Assembly (NCBI GenBank): GCA_951406725.2
Contig: OX597815.1
Span: forward strand, 43,090,001-43,154,000
Length of the DNA: 64,000 bases
Direction: 5' to 3'
Source of the DNA: Octopus vulgaris
Taxonomy: Eukaryota
Shown: positions 1 to 12,930 of the stretch, in pieces
How the letters are laid out: each line of letters begins with the position of its first letter
How positions within the stretch are numbered: position 1 is the first letter of the stretch
Made by a program: the position numbers and the translations under genes
The notes under the pieces: generated by a model
Seen by the model: only the letters and a program-made list of their open reading frames with translations
Databases searched by the model: none
What the model was told of the DNA's origin: nothing

Positions 1-740
1 GGTAGGATCAACTATTGTTTACTTTTGACTTCAACAACCTCTTTCATGAAATTATTTGCATAATTTGACATTTCATTTTATAGATCAACTCAAATATCAT
101 CATCTGTGGTCATTTGCAATGACTCGAGGAAAGATTCCAAAGTACCATTTGCTAGCTTTTGCCTTACTTCTATTCGATACATTCAGCAATACGTACAAAA
201 CAGTATGTAAAAGTACAGAAATATCTCACATTCAACGGTGTAAACACTACTTCTTTACAGTTTTTTTTTACTTCTGGTATTAAAAAGCACATATAAACCT
301 TCGTTTTGATTATTTTTCAGTAAAGAAAAAGAACGTTATATGGTCTTGGTGAGAAATAAAAAATACGAATGCAAGATATTATAGGGAAAGGTCAAAGTTC
401 GAGACCTTCTGACTACTGGTGACTTTTTTACAAAATAAATTTGATTGTCATTTGCATGAACTTGTAGATCTTGACCAGGTAATCATTTTAAGAGGTCATT
501 TGAGATATTTTCGAGAAGAATTGCAAAGTTAGAGCTGTTTGAATTTTCCCTATCCCTAATTTTCTGCCTTCAGCTGTAAAGGTGGGCGAGATCAAAAAGT
601 CCATGGTGGGTATCTTCCATTCTATATTTTTTTTTTCTGGCAACATCAATTTTCTGACTTGTTAGACCCAGGTCTACATGAAAATACCCATTAAGGTAAA
701 TCACAAGGGGGAGCATCGTGACCCTCACTATCCCATGGTC

Positions 741-827
<87 letters not shown>

Positions 828-941
828 ACATCTCTCACTTATATATATATATATATAGGGTAAAAAAATAAGAGTGCGTGCGTTAGGATTAAAATAAAAA
901 GATTAAACAAAAAGAAGTCAACAAACGGAAAATATGGTATA

Positions 942-976
<35 letters not shown>

Positions 977-979
<3 letters not shown>

Positions 980-1479
980 CCAATGAGTTACAAGTCTGTT
1001 TATTCTGGTAATATAAAAATCTGGAGTTCTGGATCTGATGAACCCTTTGAACGCATTATTAGCAATCGGTTTTATTTTTGAACTCCTCTTGCAGGGAACC
1101 ACCAAGGCGCTTGAAAAAGTGGTTGTCAGTAGGAGAAAGGTCTGGGGAATAAGCTGGGTGGGGAAGAACTTCGTAGCCAAGTTACCTCAACTTCTGGAGC
1201 ATCATTAGTGAAATGTGTGGCCGAACATTGTCATGAAGACTGATTGGCCTTCTTTTGTTGACCAGTCTGGAACGCACGAGTAGCAGCTTTTCCTTCATTT
1301 TGGCAATTTGATAGCCATATGTTTCTGCAAAAATGGTTTTTCCGCGTTTTAAGAAGTTACAGTGGAAGAGTTCAGCAGTACACCACCAAACAGTCATCAT
1401 AACCTTCCTTTTGAAGAGATCGGGTTTAGGGAAAGATTTTGGTGTACAGAATCCACTTTTCATCGCAAGTTACAATTGT
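977..1479 (-). mobile_element. Mariner transposase remnant, catalytic C-terminal half
   Basis: Minus strand reads IVTCDEKWILY (~1478-1446), then KVMMTVWW...LVNKRRPISLHDNVRPH (ORF 1182-1463) and DFYITRINRLVTHWQ. These are mariner DD34D-family motifs; frameshifted and partly deleted. Confidence 0.9.
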
Positions 1480-1916
1480 TAGATCTTTGTGGTTTTCGTC
1501 ACCGTTTACAATTTTGCTCCAATTGTTTTCAAATTTGGTATGTGGAATAAGTTTTGTATACTAATTATGAAAATGAAATTCATAATTAAAAAGTTATTAG
1601 ACTTCAAAATTTGCAAAATTTGGGTATTTTTAGCCAGTCTGAAGCGAATAGTTTACACGTCGCTGTGGGGAAAAAATCTGTGTACATTGTAACGAAAGAT
1701 GCTGCACATGCGCACAAAGAGGAGAAGGAGATACGAGAAAGATAATCTTACTTTAATAATACTCTCGTGTTTTCTCTATCACAACATATGAATGAGAAAG
1801 AAAGGGGTGATAGATAAATAAGGAAGGAGTAATGGCAAATTGGTAGTGGGGGCGTTTCAACTCTGTGTGAGTATATGTATATGTAAAAAGGGGGGAGTAT
1901 TTGAATGTTTGCGTGT

Positions 1917-1987
<71 letters not shown>

Positions 1988-2244
1988 GGAAGTGGGATGG
2001 TGAACATTCAACGCTGAAAAAGAAAATCAGCATTTCAACTCTGTGTGAGTATATGTATGTGCTGTACGAGGGAAGTAGCAATGTTTTGACATGCCGATGC
2101 CCCCCTCCCTGTCCGATAATGGAGGAGGCTGAAAATTCGAAAAATTTTTCAAATTTTGAACACCTGTAACATTTTTGCGAAATTTTTTCTGGAATAAATG
2201 AATAACAAATTCGGATTCAGCGCCAAAAATTACATTTATATGAT
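1480..2244. mobile_element. Unclassified non-autonomous DNA-element-like insert with an internal (TG)n tract
   Basis: Sits between the two halves of one mariner. Contains a duplicated TTTCAACTCTGTGTGAGTATATGTAT (~1855 and ~2033); non-coding. Confidence 0.4.
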
Positions 2245-2246
2245 AC

Positions 2247-2650
2247 AGGAGTGGCTGTGTGGTAAGTAGCTTGTTTACCAACCATATGGTTCCGGGTTCA
2301 GTCCCACTGCGTGGCACCTTGGGAAAGTGTCTTCTACTATAGCCTCGGGCCGACCAAAGCCTTGTGAGTGGATTTGGTAGACGGAAACTGTAAGAAGCCC
2401 GTCGTATATATGTATATATATATGTATGTATATGCGTGTGTGTGTTTGTGTGTCTGTGTTTGCTTGACAACCGATGCTGGTGTGTTTATGTCCCCGTGTG
2501 TTTATGCGGTTCGGCAAAAGAGACCGATAGAATAAGTACTGGGCTTACAAAAGAATAAGTCCCGGGGTCGAGTTGCTCGATTAAAGGCGGTGCTCCAGCA
2601 TGGCCGCAGTCAAATGACTGAAACAAGTAAAAGAGTAAAAGAGTAAAGAG
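2247..2650 (+). mobile_element. tRNA-derived SINE, family A (head, internal microsatellite, tail)
   Basis: GGAGTGGCTGTGTGGTAAG...GGTTCAGTCCC A/B-box-like head; CORE-like GGCACCTTGGG(C)AAGTGTC; tail GGCGGTGCTCCAGCATGGCCGCAGTC...(AAAAGAGT)n. Many copies in the window. Confidence 0.9.
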
Positions 2651-2671
2651 ATTAAAAAAAAATTTGAAGAT

Positions 2672-2965
2672 AATTGTAATCCAAGGATCGGTCTGGTTAT
2701 GTAGAAGAAGCGACGTACAAATTTCATATCTGCGCATTTTCTGATTTTCATTCAAATCGTGTGGCACCCATTTGTCGAGCTTTTTTGATTTTCCGATCGC
2801 ATGCAAATGGTTGCAGGCAGTTTTCTGGCTAACTTGAAGATCTTTTGCCAGTTCTCGAGTGATTTCACGTGGATCTTTGTCAATGACAGTCTTTAGTTGA
2901 CCGTCATCGATGACAGATGAGCGTCCACTACGCTCACGATCTTCAAGGCTAAAGTCTCCATTTTT
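2672..2965 (-). mobile_element. Mariner transposase remnant, N-terminal half
   Basis: Translates GDFSLEDRERSGRS...LHAIGKSKKLDKWVPHDLNENQKMRRYEIC (WVPHEL motif); collinear with the 977-1479 fragment. Confidence 0.9.
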
Positions 2966-2994
2966 GTATGTATGTAGGTATGTATGTATTCATG

Positions 2995-3229
2995 GATCGT
3001 ATCCCTATTGATCGTTTTTTTTTCTCCCTTCCCCTTTTCCCCCTTTTTCTTCTTTTTTTCATTTCTCTTTTCTTTTGTTCCTTTCCTTTTTTTCCCCCTT
3101 TTTACGATCCCTTTTGATCGAAACCTACGCCACCTTTTTTTTTGGGGGGGGGGTTCATCCCCCAAAAGAAAAGCTCTACCTTGTAACTTGTCCCATCTGT
3201 GTGCAGCCCTGTGTGGCCAATAAAGAAAC

Positions 3230-3230
<1 letters not shown>
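2995..3230 (+). mobile_element. 3' UTR of a non-LTR retrotransposon (L1/Tx1-like) ending in AATAAA then (TATC)n
   Basis: Same sequence recurs at 17871-18190 on the minus strand; ends ...GTGGCCAATAAAGAAAC followed by (TATC)n. The clade assignment is inference. Confidence 0.6.
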
Positions 3231-3266
<36 letters not shown>

Positions 3267-3639
3267 CATCCATCCGTCTGTCAGTCTATCCGAATTTTGT
3301 TCAAATTTATTCTTTTATCCTTTTAAATAACCTCCCAAACAACAGTTAATCGTACAAGCGTTAAGAATGATTGTTGTTGTTGCTGTTGTAGTTGATGTTG
3401 CTTATCCTGATTGTCTTTATTGTGTTGTTGTTTTTCTTTTTTTCTTGTTGCTACTGCTATTGTAACTGTTGTTGCTGCCGATGTTGTTATTCAGGCTTAG
3501 CATAAGCCTGATCAACTCTTAGCCATCTGCTTCTCTCAAGGGTTCGTTAAGCGATTGAGTCAATTAGTCAATCTTCCCTCCTACAACAACACCCTTCCGC
3601 TATCTTATCTCTCATTGTTCCTCTATTCAGTTCCGTATG

Positions 3640-3990
3640 GTCACCTCCATCACCTCTCTCACCGCCGCCATCACAAAAACCACGATGACGACGACGACCA
3701 GCAGCAGCAGCATCATCACCACCACCACCACCACCACCACCACCACCACCACCACCACCGGCGCCATCACCACCACCACCACCACCACCACCACCACCAC
3801 CACCAAGCACCACCGCCGCCGCCGCCACCACCACCGGCGCCACCACTACAACCGGCGTCACCACCACAACCACCACCACCGGCGCCGCCGCCACCGCTAC
3901 CACTACCACCGCTGCCGCAGCCGCCACCGCTACCAGCAGCAGCAACAACAACAACAACAACGATGACGACCCAACACCACTACGACCAGC
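3640..3990. repeat. (CAC/CCG/CAA)n low-complexity trinucleotide tract
   Basis: Seen directly; it produces the spurious poly-His/Pro/Thr/Gly ORFs. Confidence 0.9.
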
Positions 3991-4039
3991 GTGATCGTCT
4001 CTGTGTGGTCGCACGAATTGCTAGAAATAACCGCCAAAT

Positions 4040-4330
4040 ATTTTACTTGCTTCAGTTATTGGACTGCAGCCATTCCTCGGCATTACCTCGAGGGGTTTAG
4101 TAAAACAAATCGGCCCCAGTACTTATATTAAAGTTTGGCACTTTTGTAAATATACAAAATCGACTCTTGTACATATTCTTCGTAAGCCTACTACTTACAC
4201 TATCGCTTTCTTTTGCCAAACCGTTAAGTTACGGGGACGTAAACACATCACCATCGGTTGTCAAGTGATGGTGGGGGACAAACACAGACACACAGATACG
4301 CATACACACAACACACGCACACGCACACAT
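4040..4330 (-). mobile_element. SINE family A 3' half, diverged
   Basis: TTTTGCCAAACCGTTAAGTTACGGGGACGTAAACACATCACCATCGGTTGTCAAG matches the reverse complement of the family A tail. Confidence 0.75.
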
Positions 4331-4925
4331 ATATATAAGAGGCATTGATGTCTAGAAGACCCAAAGAGTGGCAGGTAGCGCTAAGTAAGAGCTATGGACT
4401 GACCGTATTTAAACTATTGGTTCGATAGTGATACGAGTGAAGAGTCTAATGTGGGTCTTGTATTAGCATGCATATATATATATATATATATATGCTAAAG
4501 AAAATGAGATAACAACAAGCAGCTGTAAGACTATATCTATATCTTTTTCCTTATAAATGTCCTGAAAACTCGCAGCCTTAGCTTTGTTATCTCATTCTGT
4601 TTAATCAATCTATCTTTCAGCTTATCTACTTACCGATATTTCTATCTATCCATCTCCACTGTCATGGAACCCCAACACCCCAACACCCCAAAACCCCTCC
4701 CCCACCAACATCTGTTTTATATAAATGAACAAGCTGTTTGTACATTCACAAAATATTATTTCACAAGTTCGAGAAAGGAACGAAAGCGCTATATAATAAT
4801 GAAGAAATAAAAAGATTATTTTCCAAAAATCTGACGACTTTTTTTCTCAATATTCAATTGCTGGACATTAGACTTAACACACACACACACACACACACAC
4901 TATGTCTCTGTCTCTGTCTCTGTCC

Positions 4926-5505
<580 letters not shown>

Positions 5506-6073
5506 TATTATATATATATATATATATAAGAGTTTCTGTCAGCCAGATCCACTCAAAAGGTTTTGGTGGGCTCAGGACTAGAAGATATTTTTGCCACAGT
5601 ATCACGCAGTGGGACCGAACTCGAAATGGTGTGTGTAAATTTCTTACCTCACGCCTATGTAAAAAAAAAAACGAAAGAAAAAAGAAAAAAACGCAGAACA
5701 AATTGGATAATGTAGTCTTGGATACAACAAAAATTACTACATGATGGTCACAGTTGGAATGCCTTTGATCATAGGTCTATACAATAAGGGTTGACTTCGC
5801 AGGTGGGGATGGGAGGGCGCGGAGACTGAAGATCAGAGTCATAACAACAGCAGTAACTTACAACTCTCTTTATTTCACTCACGTTATCCAGTCAAGAGGA
5901 AAACAATTAAGAACCTGTTAGTATGATCCCTTATTCGTTCTATTGTCGCCCCAACACAGCAGGAGGTAGTCCTTTCAACCTTCCATTATATTAACCCTAA
6001 ATCTCTTACTCCTTCTTTCTCTCACAGTGTTTCTCTCTCTAAACATACAGACACACATGTATATATATATATT

Positions 6074-6460
6074 ATTCTTTTAGCTGTTTCAGTCATTTGA
6101 CTGCGTCCATGTTGGAGCACCGTCTTTAGTCGAACAAATCGACTCCAGGACTTATTCTTTGTAAACCTAGTACTTATTCTATCGGTCTCTTTTGCCGAAC
6201 CGCTAAGTTACGTGGACGTAAACACACCAACATCGGTTATCAAGTGATGCTGGGGGACAGAGACAAGCAAATACACACACACATATATATATATACGACG
6301 GGCTTCTTTCAGTTTCCGTCTACGAAATCCACTCACAAGGCTTTGGTCAGCCCAAGGCTATAGTAGAAGATACTTCCCCAAGGTGCCACGCATTAGGACT
6401 GAACCCGGAACCAATGTGGTTGGTAAGCATGCTACTTGCCACACAGCCACTCCTACGCCT
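6074..6460 (-). mobile_element. SINE family A, full length
   Basis: Reverse-complement match to 2247-2650 over head and tail. Confidence 0.9.
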
Positions 6461-6484
6461 ATATATGTGTATGTGTATGTGTAT

Positions 6485-6528
<44 letters not shown>

Positions 6529-6554
6529 TTGTGTGTGTGTGTGTATTTGTGTGT

Positions 6555-7022
6555 GGAGGCGCAATGGCCCGGTGGTTAGGGCAGCGGACTCGCGGTCGTA
6601 GGATCGTGGCTTCGATTCCCAGACCGGGCATTGCGAGTGTTTATTGAGTGAAAAGCACCTAAAGCTCCACAAAGCTTCAGCAGGGGTGGTGGTGAACCCT
6701 GCTGTACTCTTTCACCATAACTTTCTCTCTGTTTTACTTGTGTCTGTTGTACTTGTATTTCAAAAGGCCAGCCTTATCACACAAAATCTCCCCGAGAGCT
6801 ACGTTAAGGGTACACGTATGAGCTGCGACGTCACTGGTGCCAAGCTGTATCGGTCTTTGCCTTTCCCTTGGATAACATCGGTGCGTCGTAGAGAGGGTAG
6901 ACTGGTATGCATGGGCGACTGCTGGTCTTCTATAAACAACCTTGCCCAGACTTGTGCCTGGGAGAGTAACTTTCCAAGTGCAATCCCATGGTCATTCATG
7001 ACCGAAGGGGGTCACGACAACA
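6555..7022 (+). mobile_element. tRNA-derived SINE, family C/D, with an RTE-like 3' part
   Basis: tRNA-like head GGCGCAATGGCCCGGTGGTTAGGGCAGCGGACTCGCGGTCGTAGGATCGTGGCTTCGATTCCC. Central CTACGTTAAGGGTACACGT block is shared with 13035-13290. Confidence 0.75.
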
Positions 7023-7025
7023 ATT

Positions 7026-7072
<47 letters not shown>

Positions 7073-7252
7073 TTATATGTACATACATATATATTTTATC
7101 TTTTACTTGTTTCAGTCATTTGACTGTGGCCTTGAAATTTTAGTCGAGTTTGAGAAGTGCCGATGCAAGAAACTCACTGCGCTTGGGTCAAAAAATTTAC
7201 CTATATTCATATTCTGAGTATATATATATATCTCCTGTTTCTATCACCATAC

Positions 7253-7369
<117 letters not shown>

Positions 7370-7378
7370 TTATATATA

Positions 7379-7410
<32 letters not shown>

Positions 7411-7417
<7 letters not shown>

Positions 7418-8100
7418 TTAGGGAATAAATCCAAACTTACAAGGAAAAATTAGATTTAGGATTAAATCCAATTTTATAGTATAAATATATTATATTATAT
7501 TATATTAGAAATAAAACCACTATTAGGCAAATCAAACAGTTACACTTGATTTGGCTCGATCTGGTTGTCCTCGAAAAAGTCTAAGCTAAGAGCATTAGAC
7601 TCCTTTGTAAGAAAGCTAGCGAATGTGTACGGTAACATAGACGAAAAAGACATACAAACAAACAAAAAAATTACGAATACAACAACAAGAAATAGCAACA
7701 GGCGTCTTTCGACTGAGGACGATTCAAATTGAACTGGCGTGTATGAAGTAAAAGACTAAAAGTAGGAACATGGGAAATGGACACAAAACGTGATGACGGT
7801 CGGCAGTTAGGCCAAGAAAGAAAGATCCTGGCTGGCCGTACACCGGTCAGGTGGAAGGAGGAGAGATGGGTAGGGGACAGCGGGATTGGAAGATTAGAAA
7901 AAAATCTGGGACAAAGGGAAAGGTGCAGGAGAGATAGACGAGTTGGAAATAGTGGTAGTTAAAGAAAGAGAGGGTCAAGAAATGTGTGAGGGGTAGAGAG
8001 AAAGGAAGGAAAATGGGATGGGGAATAAAAGATAAAGTGAAAGTCGTACAAAATTTAGATACATACTATAAGGTGAGCACAAGGGCGTACGTACGCCGCT
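7411..8100 (-). mobile_element. Penelope-like terminal-region remnant
   Basis: Starts with a copy of the 5026 foldback arm. Then shares blocks with 58560-59440 (GTCTTTCGACT..GGACGA, a purine-rich tract, GTCGTACA.AAT.TTTA). Confidence 0.45.
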
Positions 8101-8120
8101 CTTTCTCTCTCTCTCCCTCC

Positions 8121-8175
<55 letters not shown>

Positions 8176-8227
8176 GATATATATATACACATATATACAC
8201 ACACACACACACACATATAATATATAT

Positions 8228-10601
8228 ATTATTATGGCTGCACCCTCGTTATCGAGTATGGCCATTGCACGAAGCTTAACTGTTACTGGTGCTCTGATCG
8301 AATGTCTTGTACAAAATTGGCAACTAAGACCTTTATTGGTAATAGCCGGCTGTAGTTGTAACTGGGCTTCATGTACCTTTGCATGTCGTTTAAGTCCTCC
8401 TGCCGAATTACACTCTCTTCCACATGCCCGACAGATATGATTAGTATGGTGTGTTACACCACCACCAGTGGCCAGGTTGTCACTCATCTGTCTCGCTTTA
8501 TGACTACGAAGATGACTCATGAGTCCAGCTTTACTGAGGCAGGGTCTTGCACAGACATTGCATGTCAGAATCAAAGGAAGACCCTTCCCATCTGGAAGTG
8601 TAACAGCGATGCCCTTCCTGACATCCCTCCTTACTTTCTCATGTGCAACTCGAGATTTCTCAAATGTGGCTGTCCCCTCATGCACAATCCTTCTCCACCT
8701 GCTACATCAATAGCTATGCCTTCCCATGTGTCAGGAGAGATGCAAGCATCTCTTAAGGAAGCCTTCAGCAAGTCCTTATACCTCTTTTTTGGTTTATGTG
8801 GAGGTCGTTCTCCTTTAGCTAACTCTCCATAAAAGAGTTGTTTTGGCATCCTTGAATCCTTCATTCTGACCAGATGACCACTCCATCTGAGCCTTTGCTT
8901 TAACACAAGAGCTTCTATACTTTCACACCGAGAGCCTTCGAGTATTTCAAGATCACTGATGCGGTCCTTCCACTTAATGCCATAGATCCGTCTGAGGCAC
9001 ATCTGATGGAAATGTTCCAGTTGTTTAAGGTGGTATCGATATGTGACCCACGTCTCGCAGGCATAGAGAAGAGAAGGGAGCACACATGCCTTGTACACCT
9101 TTATCTTTGTCTTTCTGCATATGTCTCACCGACTCCAGAGGCGCTTTTCTAGCCTTCCGAAAGCAACACTTGCTTTCCTAATTCTATATGGAATTTCATC
9201 ATCCAAATTGCCATATCTATTAATAGTGCTTCCCAGGTAGACAAACTGATCGACTACATCAAGTCGTTTACCATTCACATAGATATTTGGTACACTATAC
9301 TGCTTACCAGGGGCAGGTTGATGCATGACAACAGTTTTCATGAGACTGACTGTCAATCCTAAGGCAGTGCAAGCATCAGAGAATGCATTCAAAATGTGTT
9401 GCATATCAATCTCTGTGTGTGCTACCAGCTCACAATCATCAGCATACAAAATGTCTCTTATGATAGAGGTAACTATCTTTGTTTTTGCAGCAAGACCCCT
9501 GATATTAAATATGTTGTCAGAGTTTCGATAATGGACGTAAACACCGTATCTGCAGTTTCTGAATGCAATACAGAACACCATCGCGAAATATATGGAAAAT
9601 AGGGTCGGTGCCAGAATATCGCCCTGTTTCACTCCATTTTGTACTGAAATGGGCTCCGACATCTTCCCTCTAACATTCACCCTACCATTCATGTCTTCAT
9701 GAAAAGACCTAACCAAAGCAAGGAACTTTTCAGGACACCTGAGTTTCTGGAGGACTTTCCACAATGCTTTTCTATTGACGGTATCAAAGGCTTTTGTCAG
9801 ATCGACAAAAACCTGATATAAATCCAGACCCTGTTCCACACACTTCTCCTGAAGCTGTCTAGCTGAAAAGATCATATCAGCAGTGCTGCGTCCCACACGA
9901 AAGCCAGATTGACTTTCTTGAAGAACACAATCTGCAATGTATTTCAGCAGACGATCCAGAAGCATCCTGCATAAAACCTTTCCTACAGCAGACAGCAATG
10001 ATATTCCCCTATAATTACCACAATCATTCCTGTTGCCCTTTTCCTTATACAGGACCACCATTACTGCATCTCTCCAGTCCTCATGTACAGATTCACTAGT
10101 CCGTACCTTACCAAACAAAGAGTGAAGTTTCTGCAGAATTTTCTCACCACCATGCTGTAACAACTCCGCATGTATGCCATCCATACCCTGAGACTTCCCA
10201 TTATTCAACCTTGAGACAGCCATTGCAACTTCTTCCAACTTTGGTGGTTCTGCGAGTGCTGCCTTCACAAGCAATCCAGGGATGAGATTGAGAACATCCT
10301 CACTAACTACAGACTGCTGATTCAAAAGTTCATCAAAGTGTTCTTGCCACCTTTACAGAATTCCTTGTGAATCACGAAGAAGTTCTTTACTATCCCTGCT
10401 TCGAATTGGTGTCATCAGGGAAGATGTCGGTCCATAAACTTCTCGCAAGAGACCATACAACAGTTTTGTGTTATTGGAATCTGATGCCGCCTGTATCTCG
10501 TCAGCCTTCTTACTCCACCACGTATCCCTCATCTGAGAGAGGTTTTGCCTCATACGTGTGGGTGCTAGGCAGAAAAGATTGTCTTGTCTGAGGTCTTTCA
10601 A
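8228..10601 (-). mobile_element. RTE-clade LINE, 5'-truncated; disrupted ORF with RT and C-terminal C2H2 zinc fingers
   Basis: ORF 9126-10325 has NYRGISLL, QSGFR, FVDLTKAFD, GVKQGDILAP, LYADD and FVYLGS. ORF 8631-9098 has LLYACETW...RLRWSGHLVRMKDSRMPKQLFYGEL (RTE signature). Then CNVC..HLRSH and CRAC..HAKVH, a 3' stem-loop CTCGATAACGAG and a (TAA) tail. Confidence 0.96.
9126..10325 (-). pseudogene. RTE reverse transcriptase domain, 399 aa open stretch
   Basis: Conserved RT motifs present in one frame; bounded by frameshifts/stops relative to flanking ORFs 10353-10601 and 8631-9098. Confidence 0.93.
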
Positions 10602-10850
10602 AATTTCTGGTGGTGGTATTAGTTTGCTTATCTATAGTGGGAGGGTTTTGGTATGTAATATGTGGGCGTGCTCGACTAGGGTTAAGTTTAGAGAGGTGAT
10701 GTTTTTTTATAGTTTAGTGTTGATTATAAATCAAATTTTCTGGGAGAAACCACTTGTAGCTAGAGCTCGGTTGTAGTCGGTGGCGTAGTTATTATAGATT
10801 TCCTCAGTGGCAGAGAGATCTAATATCCGAATGGATATTAGAATAATAAA
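10602..10850 (-). mobile_element. Penelope-like RT thumb fragment
   Basis: Translates RILDLSATEEIYNNYATDYNRALATSGFSQKI, resembling the PLE RIS.LS..EE.F......Y..AL..SG[YF] region. Confidence 0.6.
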
Positions 10851-10965
10851 ATGGCTATTAGAATAATAAAATAAGAACAATAATAAACGAGTGAAGAAAA
10901 ATATATAGTGCGTGTGTTTATTTGGCAAAAAAATGAAAACGACTGTCCCGAAATACAACAATATA

Positions 10966-11041
<76 letters not shown>

Positions 11042-12244
11042 TGTCTGTATTTGTCTACGTCCCAGTAACTTAGCAGTTCGGGAAAACAGTTGATAAAATA
11101 AATACTAGGCTTACAAAGAATAAGTCCTGGGGTAGATTTCTTCGACTAAAAACCCTTTAAGGCGGTGCACCAGCATGGCCGCAGTCAAAAAGAATAAAAG
11201 GATATACATCCATATTGTATAACTTAGTATATCATTGACTTCACCGTTCGTTTATACATTAATTCCAACATCACAAGTTTTGTAATCCCTATGTACACGT
11301 TTTATATGTATGAAAACATTCAAATGAGTATTCATAACTATATAAAAAACAGACAACGAAGGTTTACAGAATTTTACATGTGGATTAACTCAATCTGATA
11401 AATTCATTGGTCTATATCTGTACATATACAGGCATGACTGAATTGGTGTGAGGTGATACAGTATTGTAAAATATATGTATAGGGAGCCAATGGAAAAACG
11501 TCTAAGTTATCTCGACCTGCAAAATGTAACAGCGAAACCTCACTAAATTCACACAAAGCTGTTTCGATTAGAGAGCGGGGTTGCATTGGACCGCCGAGTA
11601 TAGAGGCAGTATGGTCATGTCTTGAATGTCTGTTGTCATAAATATGCTCGATCATGGCAGATTCTGGAGTAAAAAACAACTTTATGGATGTAAATGTTTA
11701 TGTATATTTACGTGTGTACATTATGTATACCTTACATATACGTTCACTCTCACATATACATTCATTCTCGCACATGAAAATGTGTGTAAATATTGACAGG
11801 AAATATTCTGTAAATATTGTTTCTTCAAGCAGCAGGAAGCGTGAACGTTTGGTGCCAAAATGTCGTAGAAGCAAGTTTAACATAGCCAACACACGTGACG
11901 CCGATATGTCTCGTTTCGATTCCTGGTAAATGGGTAGGGAAACGTTTTGAATCTTCCACCTGCATTACTTGCTACATTTCCTGTGCCCGGTAAACTGAGA
12001 GATTTTGACAGGAATTGGAAAGATAAAATCAATAATTACTTTTTTCCAAATGAAGCCACTGCATTTTGTCATATATGTGTCAACAATTTGACCAAAGATG
12101 TAACTGCCTCGTAGCCAGTGGTGATTTTTGTCTTCCATTTTTCAGCGCCGATAAAATAGCTACCAATCAAGTAGCTTGTGCTTACTTAGAAAAAAAGTAT
12201 TATTAAATTATCCATCTGTCTGTCTGTCTGCCTGCCTGCATGCC

Positions 12245-12295
<51 letters not shown>

Positions 12296-12338
12296 AAGTC
12301 TGTAAATATGTATGTATATTCGTCTATTTATGTGTGTG

Positions 12339-12374
<36 letters not shown>

Positions 12375-12382
<8 letters not shown>

Positions 12383-12546
12383 GTGACAAGTAATTGGTTG
12401 TCATAATAAAACTCAGAGTTTCGGATGCCGGGGCCGTAGTCTGCTCCGGCATCTTATCAGTTATTGAGATGCCGGAGCAGACTTCAGCCCCGGCATCCGA
12501 AACTCTGAGCTTTATTATGACAACCAACTACTTGTCACATATTATA
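12375..12546. repeat. ~170 bp near-perfect palindrome containing a degenerate hammerhead motif
   Basis: Arms of ~80 bp with a few mismatches. Minus strand reads CTGATAA-GATGCCGG-loop-CCGGCATC-C-GAAA-CTCTGAGT. Confidence 0.85.
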
Positions 12547-12618
12547 TTTATAGATAAATTCCTCTATTTGCATAATATCGAAGTCTCATTCATTCTTTTG
12601 CTGTCATATTATTATTAT

Positions 12619-12693
<75 letters not shown>

Positions 12694-12697
12694 TACA

Positions 12698-12728
<31 letters not shown>

Positions 12729-12744
12729 GTACTTTTATATATAC

Positions 12745-12784
<40 letters not shown>

Positions 12785-12930
12785 GTATATATAAAAGTAC
12801 ATATGTATGTAAATATATGTGTGTGCATGTACGTATGTATGTATATATATATATGTGTGTGTGTATGTATGTATGTATGTATGTATGTGTGTGTGTATGT
12901 ATGTATATATGTATATATGTATGTATGTAA

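Noticed and set aside
3555-4100. 181-aa His/Pro-rich ORF and overlapping ORFs
   Set aside because: Translations of a (CAC)n-type tract, open in several frames on both strands, running into SINE sequence.
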